DNA of 64,000 nucleotides from an uncultured Candidatus Saccharibacteria bacterium (GCA_964551495.1 CAZKCA010000002.1:19648-83647); one strand, 5' to 3'. Counted from the stretch's first letter, positions 10,097 to 19,362 are shown. Notes: a model not told the origin generated them from the letters alone. Numbers and translations: made by a program.

Positions 10097-10543
10097 ATGA
10101 AAAATTTAAGATTAAATCATCCTCATATTTTAAAAATACACAAGTTTATGTTTCTGGCCTCTAAGTCCATTGATAAAATACTGGATGAAATGTTAGATAT
10201 TGGATTTTCTCAATCTATGATACTTATGTATATACATTCTCATCCAAAAACTTCCCAAAGAGATATTTCATCTAGTAGAAATATAACTCCAGCAGCAGTC
10301 AGTCGCCATGTCGATATACTTATCCAAAAAGACTATATTAAGTTAAAAGAAAATGAGTTAAACAAAAGAGAACATATACTAGAAATTTCGCCCAGAGGAG
10401 AAGAGGTTTTGTTTCAAGTGATAGGTATCATAAATAGAGAGCTTGATACGATATGTCACGATTTAGAAAAAAAAGAAATTGAAGAAGTTGATAAAATTTT
10501 TTCTAAATTACTAAATTCTTTTGATGATAAAGACGTTTGTTAA
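10097..10543 (+). CDS. MarR-family transcriptional regulator
   Basis: Winged-helix region QSMILMYIHSHPKTSQRDISSSRNITPAAVSRHVDILIQKDYIK is typical of MarR. The true start may be the internal Met at about 10148. Confidence 0.75.
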   Translation: MKNLRLNHPHILKIHKFMFLASKSIDKILDEMLDIGFSQSMILMYIHSHPKTSQRDISSSRNITPAAVSRHVDILIQKDYIKLKENELNKREHILEISPRGEEVLFQVIGIINRELDTICHDLEKKEIEEVDKIFSKLLNSFDDKDVC

Positions 10544-10583
10544 CTATACAAAAAATTTTTTTCTTAATATAATATAACCAGTT

Positions 10584-11462
10584 ATGAACGAAAGTGAGAT
10601 TAAAGACTATACAATAATCCTATTTTACAACTACGTAAACATTTCAAATCCAGAAGAATTGAAAGAACAACAATTGAAAATTTGTAAGGATTTAGATCTA
10701 AAAGGTAGAGTAATTGTTGCAAATGAGGGAATTAACGCTACTTTAGAAGGAGAAACAACTAACATAAATAAATATTTAGAAAATCTTTTGGCAGATTCAA
10801 GATTTTCTAATACTCATATAAAAAAAAGCAAAGGTACAGGGGAAGCTTTTCCAAAACTTTCTGTAAAAGTTAGAAAAGAAATAGTTTCATTACATCTAGA
10901 GGAAGATATAAACCCAAAAGAAATTACAGGTAAAAGATTAAAACCAGAAGAGCTGAAACAATGGTATGAGTCTGGAAAAGAATTTTATGTTGTAGATATG
11001 AGAAATGATTACGAGTTTAAAGTTGGGAGATTTAAGGATTCTATCTATATGCCAGTTCAAAACTTTAGAGATATTCCAAAAGCCTTATCTTATATAGAAC
11101 ATTTAAAAGACAAAACTGTTGTTCCTGTTTGCACGGGTGGAGTCAGATGTGAAAAAGCATCTGGTCTTTTGGTTAGAGAAGGCTTTAAAGATGTCTACCA
11201 GTTGGACGGAGGTATTGTTACTTACATGGAAAAATATCCAGCATCTGAATTCTTAGGAACACTTTATGTTTTTGATAAAAGAATAACAATGGATTTTGAC
11301 CCAAAAGATAAGCATGTTGTCGTGGGTAAATGTGATATATGTCAAAAATCTTCGGAAAGGTATGTGAATTGCAAAAATAAAATGTGCAATAAACATTTCA
11401 TCTGTTGTCTTGACTGTAGCCCAGATGGAGAAAGTCCTTATTGTGAAAGTTGTAGGAAATAA
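10584..11462 (+). CDS. trhO: rhodanese-domain tRNA U34 hydroxylase TrhO (YceA/UPF0176 family)
   Basis: FYNYVNISNP...GRVIVANEGINATLEG, rhodanese active-site loop VCTGGVRCEKASG, and a Cys-rich C-terminal tail, as in E. coli YceA. Confidence 0.8.
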   Translation: MNESEIKDYTIILFYNYVNISNPEELKEQQLKICKDLDLKGRVIVANEGINATLEGETTNINKYLENLLADSRFSNTHIKKSKGTGEAFPKLSVKVRKEIVSLHLEEDINPKEITGKRLKPEELKQWYESGKEFYVVDMRNDYEFKVGRFKDSIYMPVQNFRDIPKALSYIEHLKDKTVVPVCTGGVRCEKASGLLVREGFKDVYQLDGGIVTYMEKYPASEFLGTLYVFDKRITMDFDPKDKHVVVGKCDICQKSSERYVNCKNKMCNKHFICCLDCSPDGESPYCESCRK

Positions 11463-11466
11463 AAAC

Positions 11467-12147
11467 ATGAAAAAACATCTAAAATTTTTTACACCTTTCA
11501 TATTGCAAAAAATTGGATATATAATTTTCTTTCTCTTCCACAAAATATTTGTAAAAATTGAGATCATAGGAAAAGAAAATTTGAAAGAATTGATCAGACC
11601 TGTAATTTTAGCTGCCAATCATACAAGTGAATTAGACCCAACGGCCATACCATTAGTATTGCCGTTGTTTTCTTATATTTCACCTATATATTTCGTGACA
11701 AACCCAACAGAAAAGTATAAAACTTTTGGTTGGAGAAGTTATATATATGGAGGAAAATTTTTTGAATGTTTAGGTGGCTATCCTGTTTATTCTGGAAATA
11801 GGGATTATGCAGTAGCACTAGAAGATCACGAACTTATCTTAAAATTAGGTAGAACAGTTTGTATTTTTCCAGAGGGGAAAAGAACACCTGATGGCAACTT
11901 AAGTCCTGCCAGGGGAGGTATTGGGTATTTGATTTATGCAACAAACGCCATGGTTATACCAATTTCTATAAATACTTTCTATAACATGACCTTTTGGGAT
12001 TATTTTACAAGAAAAAGAAAAGTTTATATTAAAATAGGAAAACCTATGATAAAATCAGATTTGTTTAACACAACCGAACCGTCTGTCGAAGACTTTCGCG
12101 GAGCAGCCCAAAAGGTCTTAGATAGGATAAGTGAGGGTATTAGGTAA
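11467..12147 (+). CDS. plsC: 1-acyl-sn-glycerol-3-phosphate acyltransferase
   Basis: HXXXXD motif ANHTSELD and FPEGKRTPDG motif. The start is taken at MKKHLKFF to avoid overlap with trhO. Confidence 0.8.
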   Translation: MKKHLKFFTPFILQKIGYIIFFLFHKIFVKIEIIGKENLKELIRPVILAANHTSELDPTAIPLVLPLFSYISPIYFVTNPTEKYKTFGWRSYIYGGKFFECLGGYPVYSGNRDYAVALEDHELILKLGRTVCIFPEGKRTPDGNLSPARGGIGYLIYATNAMVIPISINTFYNMTFWDYFTRKRKVYIKIGKPMIKSDLFNTTEPSVEDFRGAAQKVLDRISEGIR

Positions 12148-12172
12148 TTTAAATTAACATTTTGCATAGATT

Positions 12173-13072
12173 ATGTATTCAAAAAATCAAATAGAATTTT
12201 CTGTTTTTGTAGAGAATAATAAAAAATTAGAATTAGAGACAAATAGTATTTTTAGAAAAATTTTTAATTTATTTTTTATACCTATATTAAATAATTTACC
12301 AAGAAATTTTAAACACAAAATAAAAAAAACAAATAAAGCTGCTGCTGAGGTAATAAATAATGCAACAAACCACAATGCTTTAGAGGTTTTATACAGTAAA
12401 GGGGATATGTTTTCATCCGATAAAATTTTGAAAAAAATATTTCAATATGTATGGTTTAATCTTAATAACTCTAAGGCTGTTAGAAATAGATTAAAAATTG
12501 TCAGAGATGAATTACATAAACATCTAGAATCTATAGCAAGGCATGATCGAGAAATAAATATAATAAGTATAGCTTCTGGATCCTCTAGGGCTATAATAGA
12601 AACAGTTAATCAAAGTAGGTATCTAGATAACACTAAATTATCTATAACTTTTCTAGATAAAAACCCGGATGCTATAGAGTATAGTAAAAAACTAGCTGAA
12701 ACCATAAATCATGAATCTATAAAATTAGAATGGATAAATGATAGTGTTGGAAACTATTTAAGAAGCAATCCAAATAAAAAATATGACGTGGTAGAAATTG
12801 TTGGATTACTAGATTATTTTAACGATGAAAAAGTTATAGAAACTTTCAAAGGAATACACAATCTTTTACAAGAAGGGGGAGTAGTTATTACTGCTAATAT
12901 AAATTTCAATAGAGAACAAAAATTCATAACAAAGGTTATAGACTGGCCCATGATATACAGGAAAGTGGAAAATTTAGCAGGTTTGGTCAATTTAGCAGGT
13001 TTTGATTATAATAAAATAAAGGCTTTCTATGAGCCATTGAAAGTTCACGGGATAGTTGTGGCAAAAAAATAA
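12173..13072 (+). CDS. class I SAM-dependent methyltransferase
   Basis: Rossmann motif I-like IISIASGSSRAIIE and post-I acidic VVEIVGLLDYF. Specificity unknown. Confidence 0.55.
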   Translation: MYSKNQIEFSVFVENNKKLELETNSIFRKIFNLFFIPILNNLPRNFKHKIKKTNKAAAEVINNATNHNALEVLYSKGDMFSSDKILKKIFQYVWFNLNNSKAVRNRLKIVRDELHKHLESIARHDREINIISIASGSSRAIIETVNQSRYLDNTKLSITFLDKNPDAIEYSKKLAETINHESIKLEWINDSVGNYLRSNPNKKYDVVEIVGLLDYFNDEKVIETFKGIHNLLQEGGVVITANINFNREQKFITKVIDWPMIYRKVENLAGLVNLAGFDYNKIKAFYEPLKVHGIVVAKK

Positions 13073-14650
13073 ATGAATATTCAAACCACATTATTATTGA
13101 TAACAGCTTGCGTTAATTCTTTATTGAGTCTTTTTGTATTATTTGGCAAAAAAGACAAAATTAATATCATATATTCTCTCTTTGTTTTATTTGCGTCATT
13201 TTGGTCAATAGGATTAGGTTTTTTTATCTGGGAAACCGATCTAGAAAGATCTTTATATATAGCTAACTTTTATTACTTTGCTGCCGCAGGCATACCTCTA
13301 TTTTTCTTGTATTTTTCTATCTTTTTTTTGAGAAAAAATGAAAAATTAACATTTGGAAAATATTTACTATCATTACCTTTCTTAATAATAAGTTTTTTTA
13401 TTTTTTATGATAAAAATTTTCTAATAAAAGAAGTATTTTTTACTGAGTGGGGCAAAGATGTAATTATAAATTATAAAAATTATATTATTTATACTTTTTA
13501 TTTCGTCTTACCTGTTTTATTTTCTTATTATCAATTATTTAAAACATATAAATCTGTTTCATCACCAGAAGAGAAGGAACAACTAAAATTTATAATAGTC
13601 GGAACAACGATAGGTTTTATTTTCGGCATGATTTTTGATTTGTTCTTACCTCTTTTTGGTAATTATAAATATATTTTCATTGGACCTTTGTTTTCTTTAT
13701 TTATGGTTTTTTCTATTGCATATTCCATAACAAAACACCATCTTTTTGATATGAAAGTTGTTGCAACAGAAACTTTAATGTTTTTGTTATGGATATCTCT
13801 ATTGGTAAGAACTTTTGTATCAGCCTCTGCAGAAGAACAAATTATTAATGGTGTAACTTTTTTGGTAACTGTGGTAGTTGGAATTTTCCTAATAAAAAGT
13901 GTTATAAAAGAAGTTGCTTTGAGACAAAAAATTCAAAAAATTGATGAACAATTAAGATTAGCTAATCAAGGTCAAACAAATCTTATTCGTTTTATGAATC
14001 ACCAGGTTAAAGGACGTTTGGGTAATGTAAAAAACATTTTTGCAGAGCTTTTAACAAACGATTATGGTGTTATGCCAGAAGACTCAAAATTTCTTTTGAA
14101 GAAAGGATTGGAAGAAGCAAATCTTGGTGTTAATTATGTTCAGGGAATATTAAAAGGATCAAGTGCAGAAAATGGAACCTTAAATTATCAAATGAACGAA
14201 ATAGACTTAGGAGAATTGGTAGGTAAAGTATTTGAAGAACAAAAAACTTTTGCAGAAGAAAAAGGTTTAAAAATAAATTTAGATAAAAAAGAAGGTGAGT
14301 ATAGATTAATGGGGGATTCTACCCATCTTTCAGAAGCAGTAAAAAATTTGATAGATAATTCTATTCATTATACATTGGAAGGTAGTATAAACTTAGAATT
14401 AAGTTCAGACGAACATAAGGTTACATTTAAAATAAAGGATACTGGTATAGGTCTTTCTGATAGTGATAAATCTAAATTGTTTAAATCTGGTGGTAGAGGA
14501 GAGGACTCTCTGAAAATAAATGTAAACTCTACAGGATATGGATTGGCCTTTGTAAAAGGTGTAATAATTGCTCATAAAGGTAGAGTTTGGGCAGAGTCAG
14601 AAGGTAAAGGAAAAGGTTCAACTTTTGTGATAGAATTGCCAAAAAAATAA
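13073..14650 (+). CDS. sensor histidine kinase with polytopic N-terminal membrane domain (orphan, no adjacent response regulator)
   Basis: About 7 predicted TM helices, H-box FMNHQVKGRLGNV, and HATPase_c motifs IKDTGIGLSD and GYGLAFVKGVIIAHKGRVWAES. Confidence 0.8.
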   Translation: MNIQTTLLLITACVNSLLSLFVLFGKKDKINIIYSLFVLFASFWSIGLGFFIWETDLERSLYIANFYYFAAAGIPLFFLYFSIFFLRKNEKLTFGKYLLSLPFLIISFFIFYDKNFLIKEVFFTEWGKDVIINYKNYIIYTFYFVLPVLFSYYQLFKTYKSVSSPEEKEQLKFIIVGTTIGFIFGMIFDLFLPLFGNYKYIFIGPLFSLFMVFSIAYSITKHHLFDMKVVATETLMFLLWISLLVRTFVSASAEEQIINGVTFLVTVVVGIFLIKSVIKEVALRQKIQKIDEQLRLANQGQTNLIRFMNHQVKGRLGNVKNIFAELLTNDYGVMPEDSKFLLKKGLEEANLGVNYVQGILKGSSAENGTLNYQMNEIDLGELVGKVFEEQKTFAEEKGLKINLDKKEGEYRLMGDSTHLSEAVKNLIDNSIHYTLEGSINLELSSDEHKVTFKIKDTGIGLSDSDKSKLFKSGGRGEDSLKINVNSTGYGLAFVKGVIIAHKGRVWAESEGKGKGSTFVIELPKK

Positions 14651-14730
14651 TAATATTGATCTAAATAACTAAATATGTTATGCTTATGTACAGGCAGATA
14701 AATCTGTACTTCTAGTTCAAAGGAGAAAGA

Positions 14731-14916
14731 ATGGGAGACTATTCTGAATGCCCTCGTTGTGGTAACACCGAAAGTGGTGGTGTTTATCGATGTAATGATT
14801 GTGGTTGTATCTCTTGTAAAGAATGTGACTTGCCCGGGAGTCGCTGCCCAAGTTGCAAGAGTGACGACTATGATCTTATCGGGTACATCGATAGCGATGA
14901 AGACGATGATGATTGA
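14731..14916 (+). CDS. small Cys-rich zinc-ribbon protein with poly-acidic C-terminal tail, GC-anomalous
   Basis: 61 aa: MGDYSECPRCGNTESGGVYRCNDCGCISCKECDLPGSRCPSCKSDDYDLIGYIDSDEDDDD, with 9 Cys in CxxC-type spacing. Strong SD AAGGAG 6 nt upstream and a perfect palindromic terminator downstream. About 46% GC. Confidence 0.55.
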   Translation: MGDYSECPRCGNTESGGVYRCNDCGCISCKECDLPGSRCPSCKSDDYDLIGYIDSDEDDDD

Positions 14917-14923
14917 ACCCAAC

Positions 14924-14955
14924 AAAATGCGTTTGAATTAATTCAAACGCATTTT
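14924..14955. terminator. perfect 16-bp palindrome, bidirectional terminator
   Basis: AAAATGCGTTTGAATT/AATTCAAACGCATTTT lies between the convergent Zn-ribbon gene and the methyltransferase 14954-15442. Confidence 0.6.
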
Positions 14956-15442
14956 AAATTTCATATATAAATAAATACTTTCCTCTATCTTTATTTTTAC
15001 TTAAACCTCTTATATCTATAACCTCTTTTGGCTCCAGGTTACTAAATTTAAAATCGCAAGAAACCAATCGAGTTCCTTTTTTACATTGGTTTAGTATTTT
15101 AGGTAATAACTTATCTATCACATCTGCATATAAATACAAAAATATATGTGTAGCTTCACCAAAATTAGATTTAAATATATTCTCTCTTCTTATTTCTATA
15201 TTTCTATATTTATTGGTATTTATTTTTGCCAATAAATAAGGTATAAAACCTATTTCTATTCCAACACATTTGACCGTAGGATTAAATCTAGATACTTCAA
15301 TAAGTATTTGCCCATCTCCGCACCCTAAGTCGTAAATTATACTGTCATTTTTTGGGTTAAGACTTTTTATAATTTCTTTATTTATTCCTTTTGGTATAGA
15401 AATAAATGGAGCATCCGCCAACAAAAAAGACACAATGCTCAT
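14954..15442 (-). CDS. membrane-anchored class I SAM-dependent methyltransferase
   Basis: Motif I IYDLGCGDGQILIEV. Start placed at MSIVSFLLADAPF, because the longer ORF extension runs through an extremely AT-rich non-coding stretch. Confidence 0.55.
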   Translation of the reverse strand: MSIVSFLLADAPFISIPKGINKEIIKSLNPKNDSIIYDLGCGDGQILIEVSRFNPTVKCVGIEIGFIPYLLAKINTNKYRNIEIRRENIFKSNFGEATHIFLYLYADVIDKLLPKILNQCKKGTRLVSCDFKFSNLEPKEVIDIRGLSKNKDRGKYLFIYEI

Positions 15443-15565
15443 TATCAAAAATAATCCTATTAAAAATAATATGAATATTGATATTATTATAATTATTAAA
15501 TATAGCAACATCTTTTTAATAAATAATACTTTACTTAATATAATTAAACAATATATCATTGTTGT

Positions 15566-16246
15566 ATGGCACAGGAAAATGTTTGGGATAGGGAATATAG
15601 AGACTCTACTTTTTTGACTAAGAAAAATGAGCCCCAAGCTGATGTTGTGAGGTTTCTTAAATTTCTAAAAAAAGAAGGTTTAGTTTTAGAAAATTTAAAT
15701 ATTTTAGATCTTGGCTCTGGCACAGGCAGAAATAGTTTTTATTTTGCAGAATTAGGGAACAATGTATGGGGTTTAGAAATTTCAAAAACTGCCATAGACA
15801 TAGCTACACAGAATGCAAAAGAAGCGGGGTTAAATATAAAATATAAAAAACAAAGTATTGGAGAAAAATTCCCATTTGAAGATAATTTTTTTGACATTAT
15901 TTTAGATGTTACTTCTTCAAACTCATTAAATGAAAAAGAAAGAGAAATTTATTTAATTGAATCAAAAAGAGTGCTAAAAAATAATGGGTACTTTTTTGTT
16001 AAGGCTCTTTGTAAAGAAGGGGATAATAACGCAAAGTTTTTATTAAAAAACAATCCTGGGAAAGAAAAAGATACTTATATAATGCCTGAAACAGAGATAA
16101 TTGAGAGAGTTTGGTCAAAAGAAGATTTAGTGGAAACTTATGGAAAGTATTTCAAAATAATAAAAATCGATAAAAAAACAAGTTATACAAAGATAAATAA
16201 TCGCTCTTATAAAAGAAACTTCTGGATTGTTTATGTGAAAAATTGA
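15566..16246 (+). CDS. class I SAM-dependent methyltransferase
   Basis: Motif I ILDLGSGTGRNSFYFAELGNNVWGLEIS and motif II FDIILD. Co-directional with and immediately upstream of the Pro-rich sORF and the prolyl oligopeptidase gene. Confidence 0.7.
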   Translation: MAQENVWDREYRDSTFLTKKNEPQADVVRFLKFLKKEGLVLENLNILDLGSGTGRNSFYFAELGNNVWGLEISKTAIDIATQNAKEAGLNIKYKKQSIGEKFPFEDNFFDIILDVTSSNSLNEKEREIYLIESKRVLKNNGYFFVKALCKEGDNNAKFLLKNNPGKEKDTYIMPETEIIERVWSKEDLVETYGKYFKIIKIDKKTSYTKINNRSYKRNFWIVYVKN

Positions 16247-16305
16247 CATTATAATGTTAAGATGTATAATTGATGTAGGTGTAAATTCTTGAGAAAGGAG
16301 GCGGT

Positions 16306-16353
16306 ATGACCGACAAACCCCCTCATCTTCCGAGACCGCGACCTACAAAGTAG
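16306..16353 (+). CDS. 15-codon proline-rich sORF MTDKPPHLPRPRPTK (candidate leader/arrest peptide or oncocin-like peptide)
   Basis: ATG preceded by AAAGGAGG with 6-nt spacing; 60% GC in a 30% GC genome. A stop codon is followed 4 nt later by a GC hairpin and T-run. Confidence 0.4.
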   Translation: MTDKPPHLPRPRPTK

Positions 16354-16357
16354 GTTA

Positions 16358-16386
16358 AGGGGGGACAACATGTCCCCCTTTTCAAA
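16358..16386 (+). terminator. intrinsic terminator / candidate attenuator hairpin
   Basis: AGGGGGGAC-AACAT-GTCCCCCTTTT begins 4 nt after the sORF stop and ends 4 nt before the ATG of the prolyl oligopeptidase gene. Confidence 0.6.
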
Positions 16387-16389
16387 TAT

Positions 16390-18354
16390 ATGAAAAAAAT
16401 AAAAGACGAATATATTTTTATAGAAAATCTAGATAATCAAAAAACAAAAGTATTTATACAAAAATTGAAATCAGAGAGTAAAAAATACTTTAAAGAAAGT
16501 AAGCTAAAACAACAAATACGAAAAAGATTAATAGAGATTCAAAACATAAATCATTTTTCAGTTCCATTCATATCAGATAATGGAATGTTTTATGCTTTAA
16601 AAAATAAAAAAAATAAAGTCTATTCAGTTTTATATCTAGCCAATGGTTTATTCTCTCCATTTATAATAATAGATGGTAATAAGATTTATAAAAAAGGCTT
16701 AATCCTTAAGGAATGGATACCTAATAAAAAAGGAGATTTAATATTTTATAATGCGTCAAAATCTGACAATGATCAAGCGATATTTTTTGTATTTTATCTA
16801 AATACAAAAAAATCAGTGAGACAAGATATACCAAGTAATTTATACCCTGTTTTTCTTTGTTGGGACAATACAAAAGATGGGTTTTTTTACTCAAGATCAG
16901 ACGATAATGAATCTACAAGAAAAATATACCACCATAGACTAAATGATCATTATAAAAATGATGTTTTAATTTATAATAAAAATTTTAACCCTAAAGGATG
17001 GCCATCCATAAACATCTCAGAAGATGGAGAATATCAAATAATCAATATTTTTAATTTTTCTGACAAAGAAGGTGAGTATAATGATTTTTTTATAAGAAGA
17101 TCACTAGATGGTAGTATTAAACAAATAAAAGAAAGCAAAAAAACTATAAACTACTTTAAGTTTTATAAAAATTATGTTTATCGACTAACTAATAAAGATG
17201 CTGATAAATGGAAAATACAAAAAGCGAAAATTTCTGATTTATTAGTAAAATCAAAAATAAAGTGGATAGATGTAATAAAAGAAAAAAAACAAATTGTTGT
17301 ATCTTTTAAGATGGTAAATGATTTATTAATATTGAACAGATTTAATATCAAAGAATCAATAATTGAATTTTATGATTTGAAAGGTAAACTAATAAATACA
17401 GTTAATACAAATGGAATTATTGAATCAATTTCCTCAAAAGAAAACCACGATTACATATATTTAGATAGATCTTCTTTTGTGGAAAAAAATAATATTATAA
17501 AATTGTCTTTACAAAACAAAAAGATTGATTTCCTTTTTAATTCTAATTTCATATCAAATAAAAATGAATTTACTCAAAAAACAATTTATGTTAAATCTAG
17601 AGATTCTGTAAAAATTCCAGTTAATATTATCTACAAAAAAAACACCAAACTTAACTCAAAAAATCCTCTACTTTGTTATGGGTATGGAGGTTTTGGGGAA
17701 ATAGTAAAACCTTCTTTTAATAATTTAATTATACCTTTTATAGAAAAAGGAGGGATTTATGCTGAAATTGGAGTTAGAGGTGGAGGTGAATTTGGTACTA
17801 ATTGGCACAAAAATGGTAGTTTACTTAAAAAACTTAATTCTTTTAATGATTTTATTGATTCTTTAAAATATTTACATGGTAAAAAATATAGTAATCCAAA
17901 AAAAACAGTTATTTATGGATGGAGTAATGGAGGTTTATTAGTTTCAACCGTAGCAATTTCTAATCCAAATATAATTAAGGCTGCTGTAATAGGAGCTCCT
18001 CTAACAGATATGGTTAGATTTCATCTTTTTGGAGTTGGTAGATATTGGATAAGTGAATATGGAGACCCTAATAATATAAAATACTTAAATTATATACTAA
18101 AATATAGTCCTTATCATAATATTAAAAAAAATATAGTTTATCCTAGTATGTTATTTTTAGTAGGTGAAAGTGATGATAGAGTAAATCCTATGCACACCTA
18201 TAAATTTTCGTATAAATTAAAAAATAACAAATCTGACAAAAAATATATAGTAAGAATAGAAGAGAAGTCGGGTCACTCTATTTCAGCTATTTCAAATAAA
18301 GAAATTCAACAAAACACTGACATTTTATACTTTATTTTCAATGAGATATTTTAA
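16390..18354 (+). CDS. prolyl oligopeptidase family serine peptidase (S9A)
   Basis: 654 aa with an N-terminal propeller-like region and C-terminal alpha/beta hydrolase domain. Nucleophile motif GWSNGGLLV; DRVNPMHT region carrying the catalytic Asp, followed by the catalytic-His region SGHS. Confidence 0.85.
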   Translation: MKKIKDEYIFIENLDNQKTKVFIQKLKSESKKYFKESKLKQQIRKRLIEIQNINHFSVPFISDNGMFYALKNKKNKVYSVLYLANGLFSPFIIIDGNKIYKKGLILKEWIPNKKGDLIFYNASKSDNDQAIFFVFYLNTKKSVRQDIPSNLYPVFLCWDNTKDGFFYSRSDDNESTRKIYHHRLNDHYKNDVLIYNKNFNPKGWPSINISEDGEYQIINIFNFSDKEGEYNDFFIRRSLDGSIKQIKESKKTINYFKFYKNYVYRLTNKDADKWKIQKAKISDLLVKSKIKWIDVIKEKKQIVVSFKMVNDLLILNRFNIKESIIEFYDLKGKLINTVNTNGIIESISSKENHDYIYLDRSSFVEKNNIIKLSLQNKKIDFLFNSNFISNKNEFTQKTIYVKSRDSVKIPVNIIYKKNTKLNSKNPLLCYGYGGFGEIVKPSFNNLIIPFIEKGGIYAEIGVRGGGEFGTNWHKNGSLLKKLNSFNDFIDSLKYLHGKKYSNPKKTVIYGWSNGGLLVSTVAISNPNIIKAAVIGAPLTDMVRFHLFGVGRYWISEYGDPNNIKYLNYILKYSPYHNIKKNIVYPSMLFLVGESDDRVNPMHTYKFSYKLKNNKSDKKYIVRIEEKSGHSISAISNKEIQQNTDILYFIFNEIF

Positions 18355-18384
18355 TTAAGATCTATTTCTGTTAATATGTAATAT

Positions 18385-19362
18385 ATGTCAAAGAAAATAT
18401 TACTATCTGGTGTAAAACCAACAGGTAGACCTCATATAGGAAACTATTTTGGGGCAATGAGGCAATTTGTCAGTATGCAAGAAGAATACCAAGCTTTTTA
18501 CATGATCGCTGATTATCACGCCTTAAACTTTATCCAAAACAAAGAGGAAATGTCTCAAAATATTTTGGATTTAACTTTAGATTATCTTGCTTTAGGATTA
18601 GACCCTCAAAAATCAACCATATTTAAACAATCAGATGTTTCTGAACATGCCGAACTAGCTTGGATTTTTGATACTATCACTACAATACCTTACTTAGAAA
18701 GAGCTCATGCTTTTAAAGATGCAGAAGCAAAAGGTAAAGAAATATCTGTTGGTACATTTAATTATCCTATGCTTATGGCTGCGGATATCTTGTTGTATGA
18801 CACAGATATTGTTCCTGTTGGTCAAGATCAAAAACAACATGTTGAGTATGCAAGAGATACGGCTGAAAAATTTAATAGAATATTCGGAGATACTTTTAAA
18901 CTTCCAGAAGCAAAAATCCTAGATTCTGTAGCCATTATTCCCGGAACAGATGGTCAAAAGATGTCAAAAAGCTATGGGAACACTATAGGTCTTTTTGCGA
19001 CTAAAGAAGAAATAACAAAAGCAGTAATGTCTATCCCAACAGACTCTAAAGGTGTCGAGGAGCCTAAAAATCCAGAAGAAGATAATGTTTTCAAACTCCA
19101 CAAACTTTTTGCAAAAGATGATCAGTTAGCGGAAATAAGGGATAAATATGAAAAAGGGGGTATGGGGTACAAAGAATCAAAAGAAATCCTTATAGAAAAT
19201 ATTGATAAATTTATAGCTCCTTTTAGAGAAAAAAGAGACTACTTATCTCATGACAAAGACTATATCCTAGATATATTGAAAGAAGGTGGTAAAGTGGCTA
19301 AAGAAAAGGCAATGAGAAAAATGGATGATATAAAAGAGGCTATAGGAACCAAAATATACTAA
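18385..19362 (+). CDS. trpS: tryptophanyl-tRNA synthetase
   Basis: GVKPTGRPHIGNYFGA (HIGH) and KMSKSYGN (KMSKS); 325 aa. Confidence 0.95.
   Translation: MSKKILLSGVKPTGRPHIGNYFGAMRQFVSMQEEYQAFYMIADYHALNFIQNKEEMSQNILDLTLDYLALGLDPQKSTIFKQSDVSEHAELAWIFDTITTIPYLERAHAFKDAEAKGKEISVGTFNYPMLMAADILLYDTDIVPVGQDQKQHVEYARDTAEKFNRIFGDTFKLPEAKILDSVAIIPGTDGQKMSKSYGNTIGLFATKEEITKAVMSIPTDSKGVEEPKNPEEDNVFKLHKLFAKDDQLAEIRDKYEKGGMGYKESKEILIENIDKFIAPFREKRDYLSHDKDYILDILKEGGKVAKEKAMRKMDDIKEAIGTKIY

Noticed and set aside
15435-15617. 60-aa ORF composed almost entirely of I/N/K
   Set aside because: It lies in an extreme AT-rich intergenic tract between divergent methyltransferase genes. This is a compositional artefact. 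The same reasoning trims the N-terminus of ORF 14954-15637.
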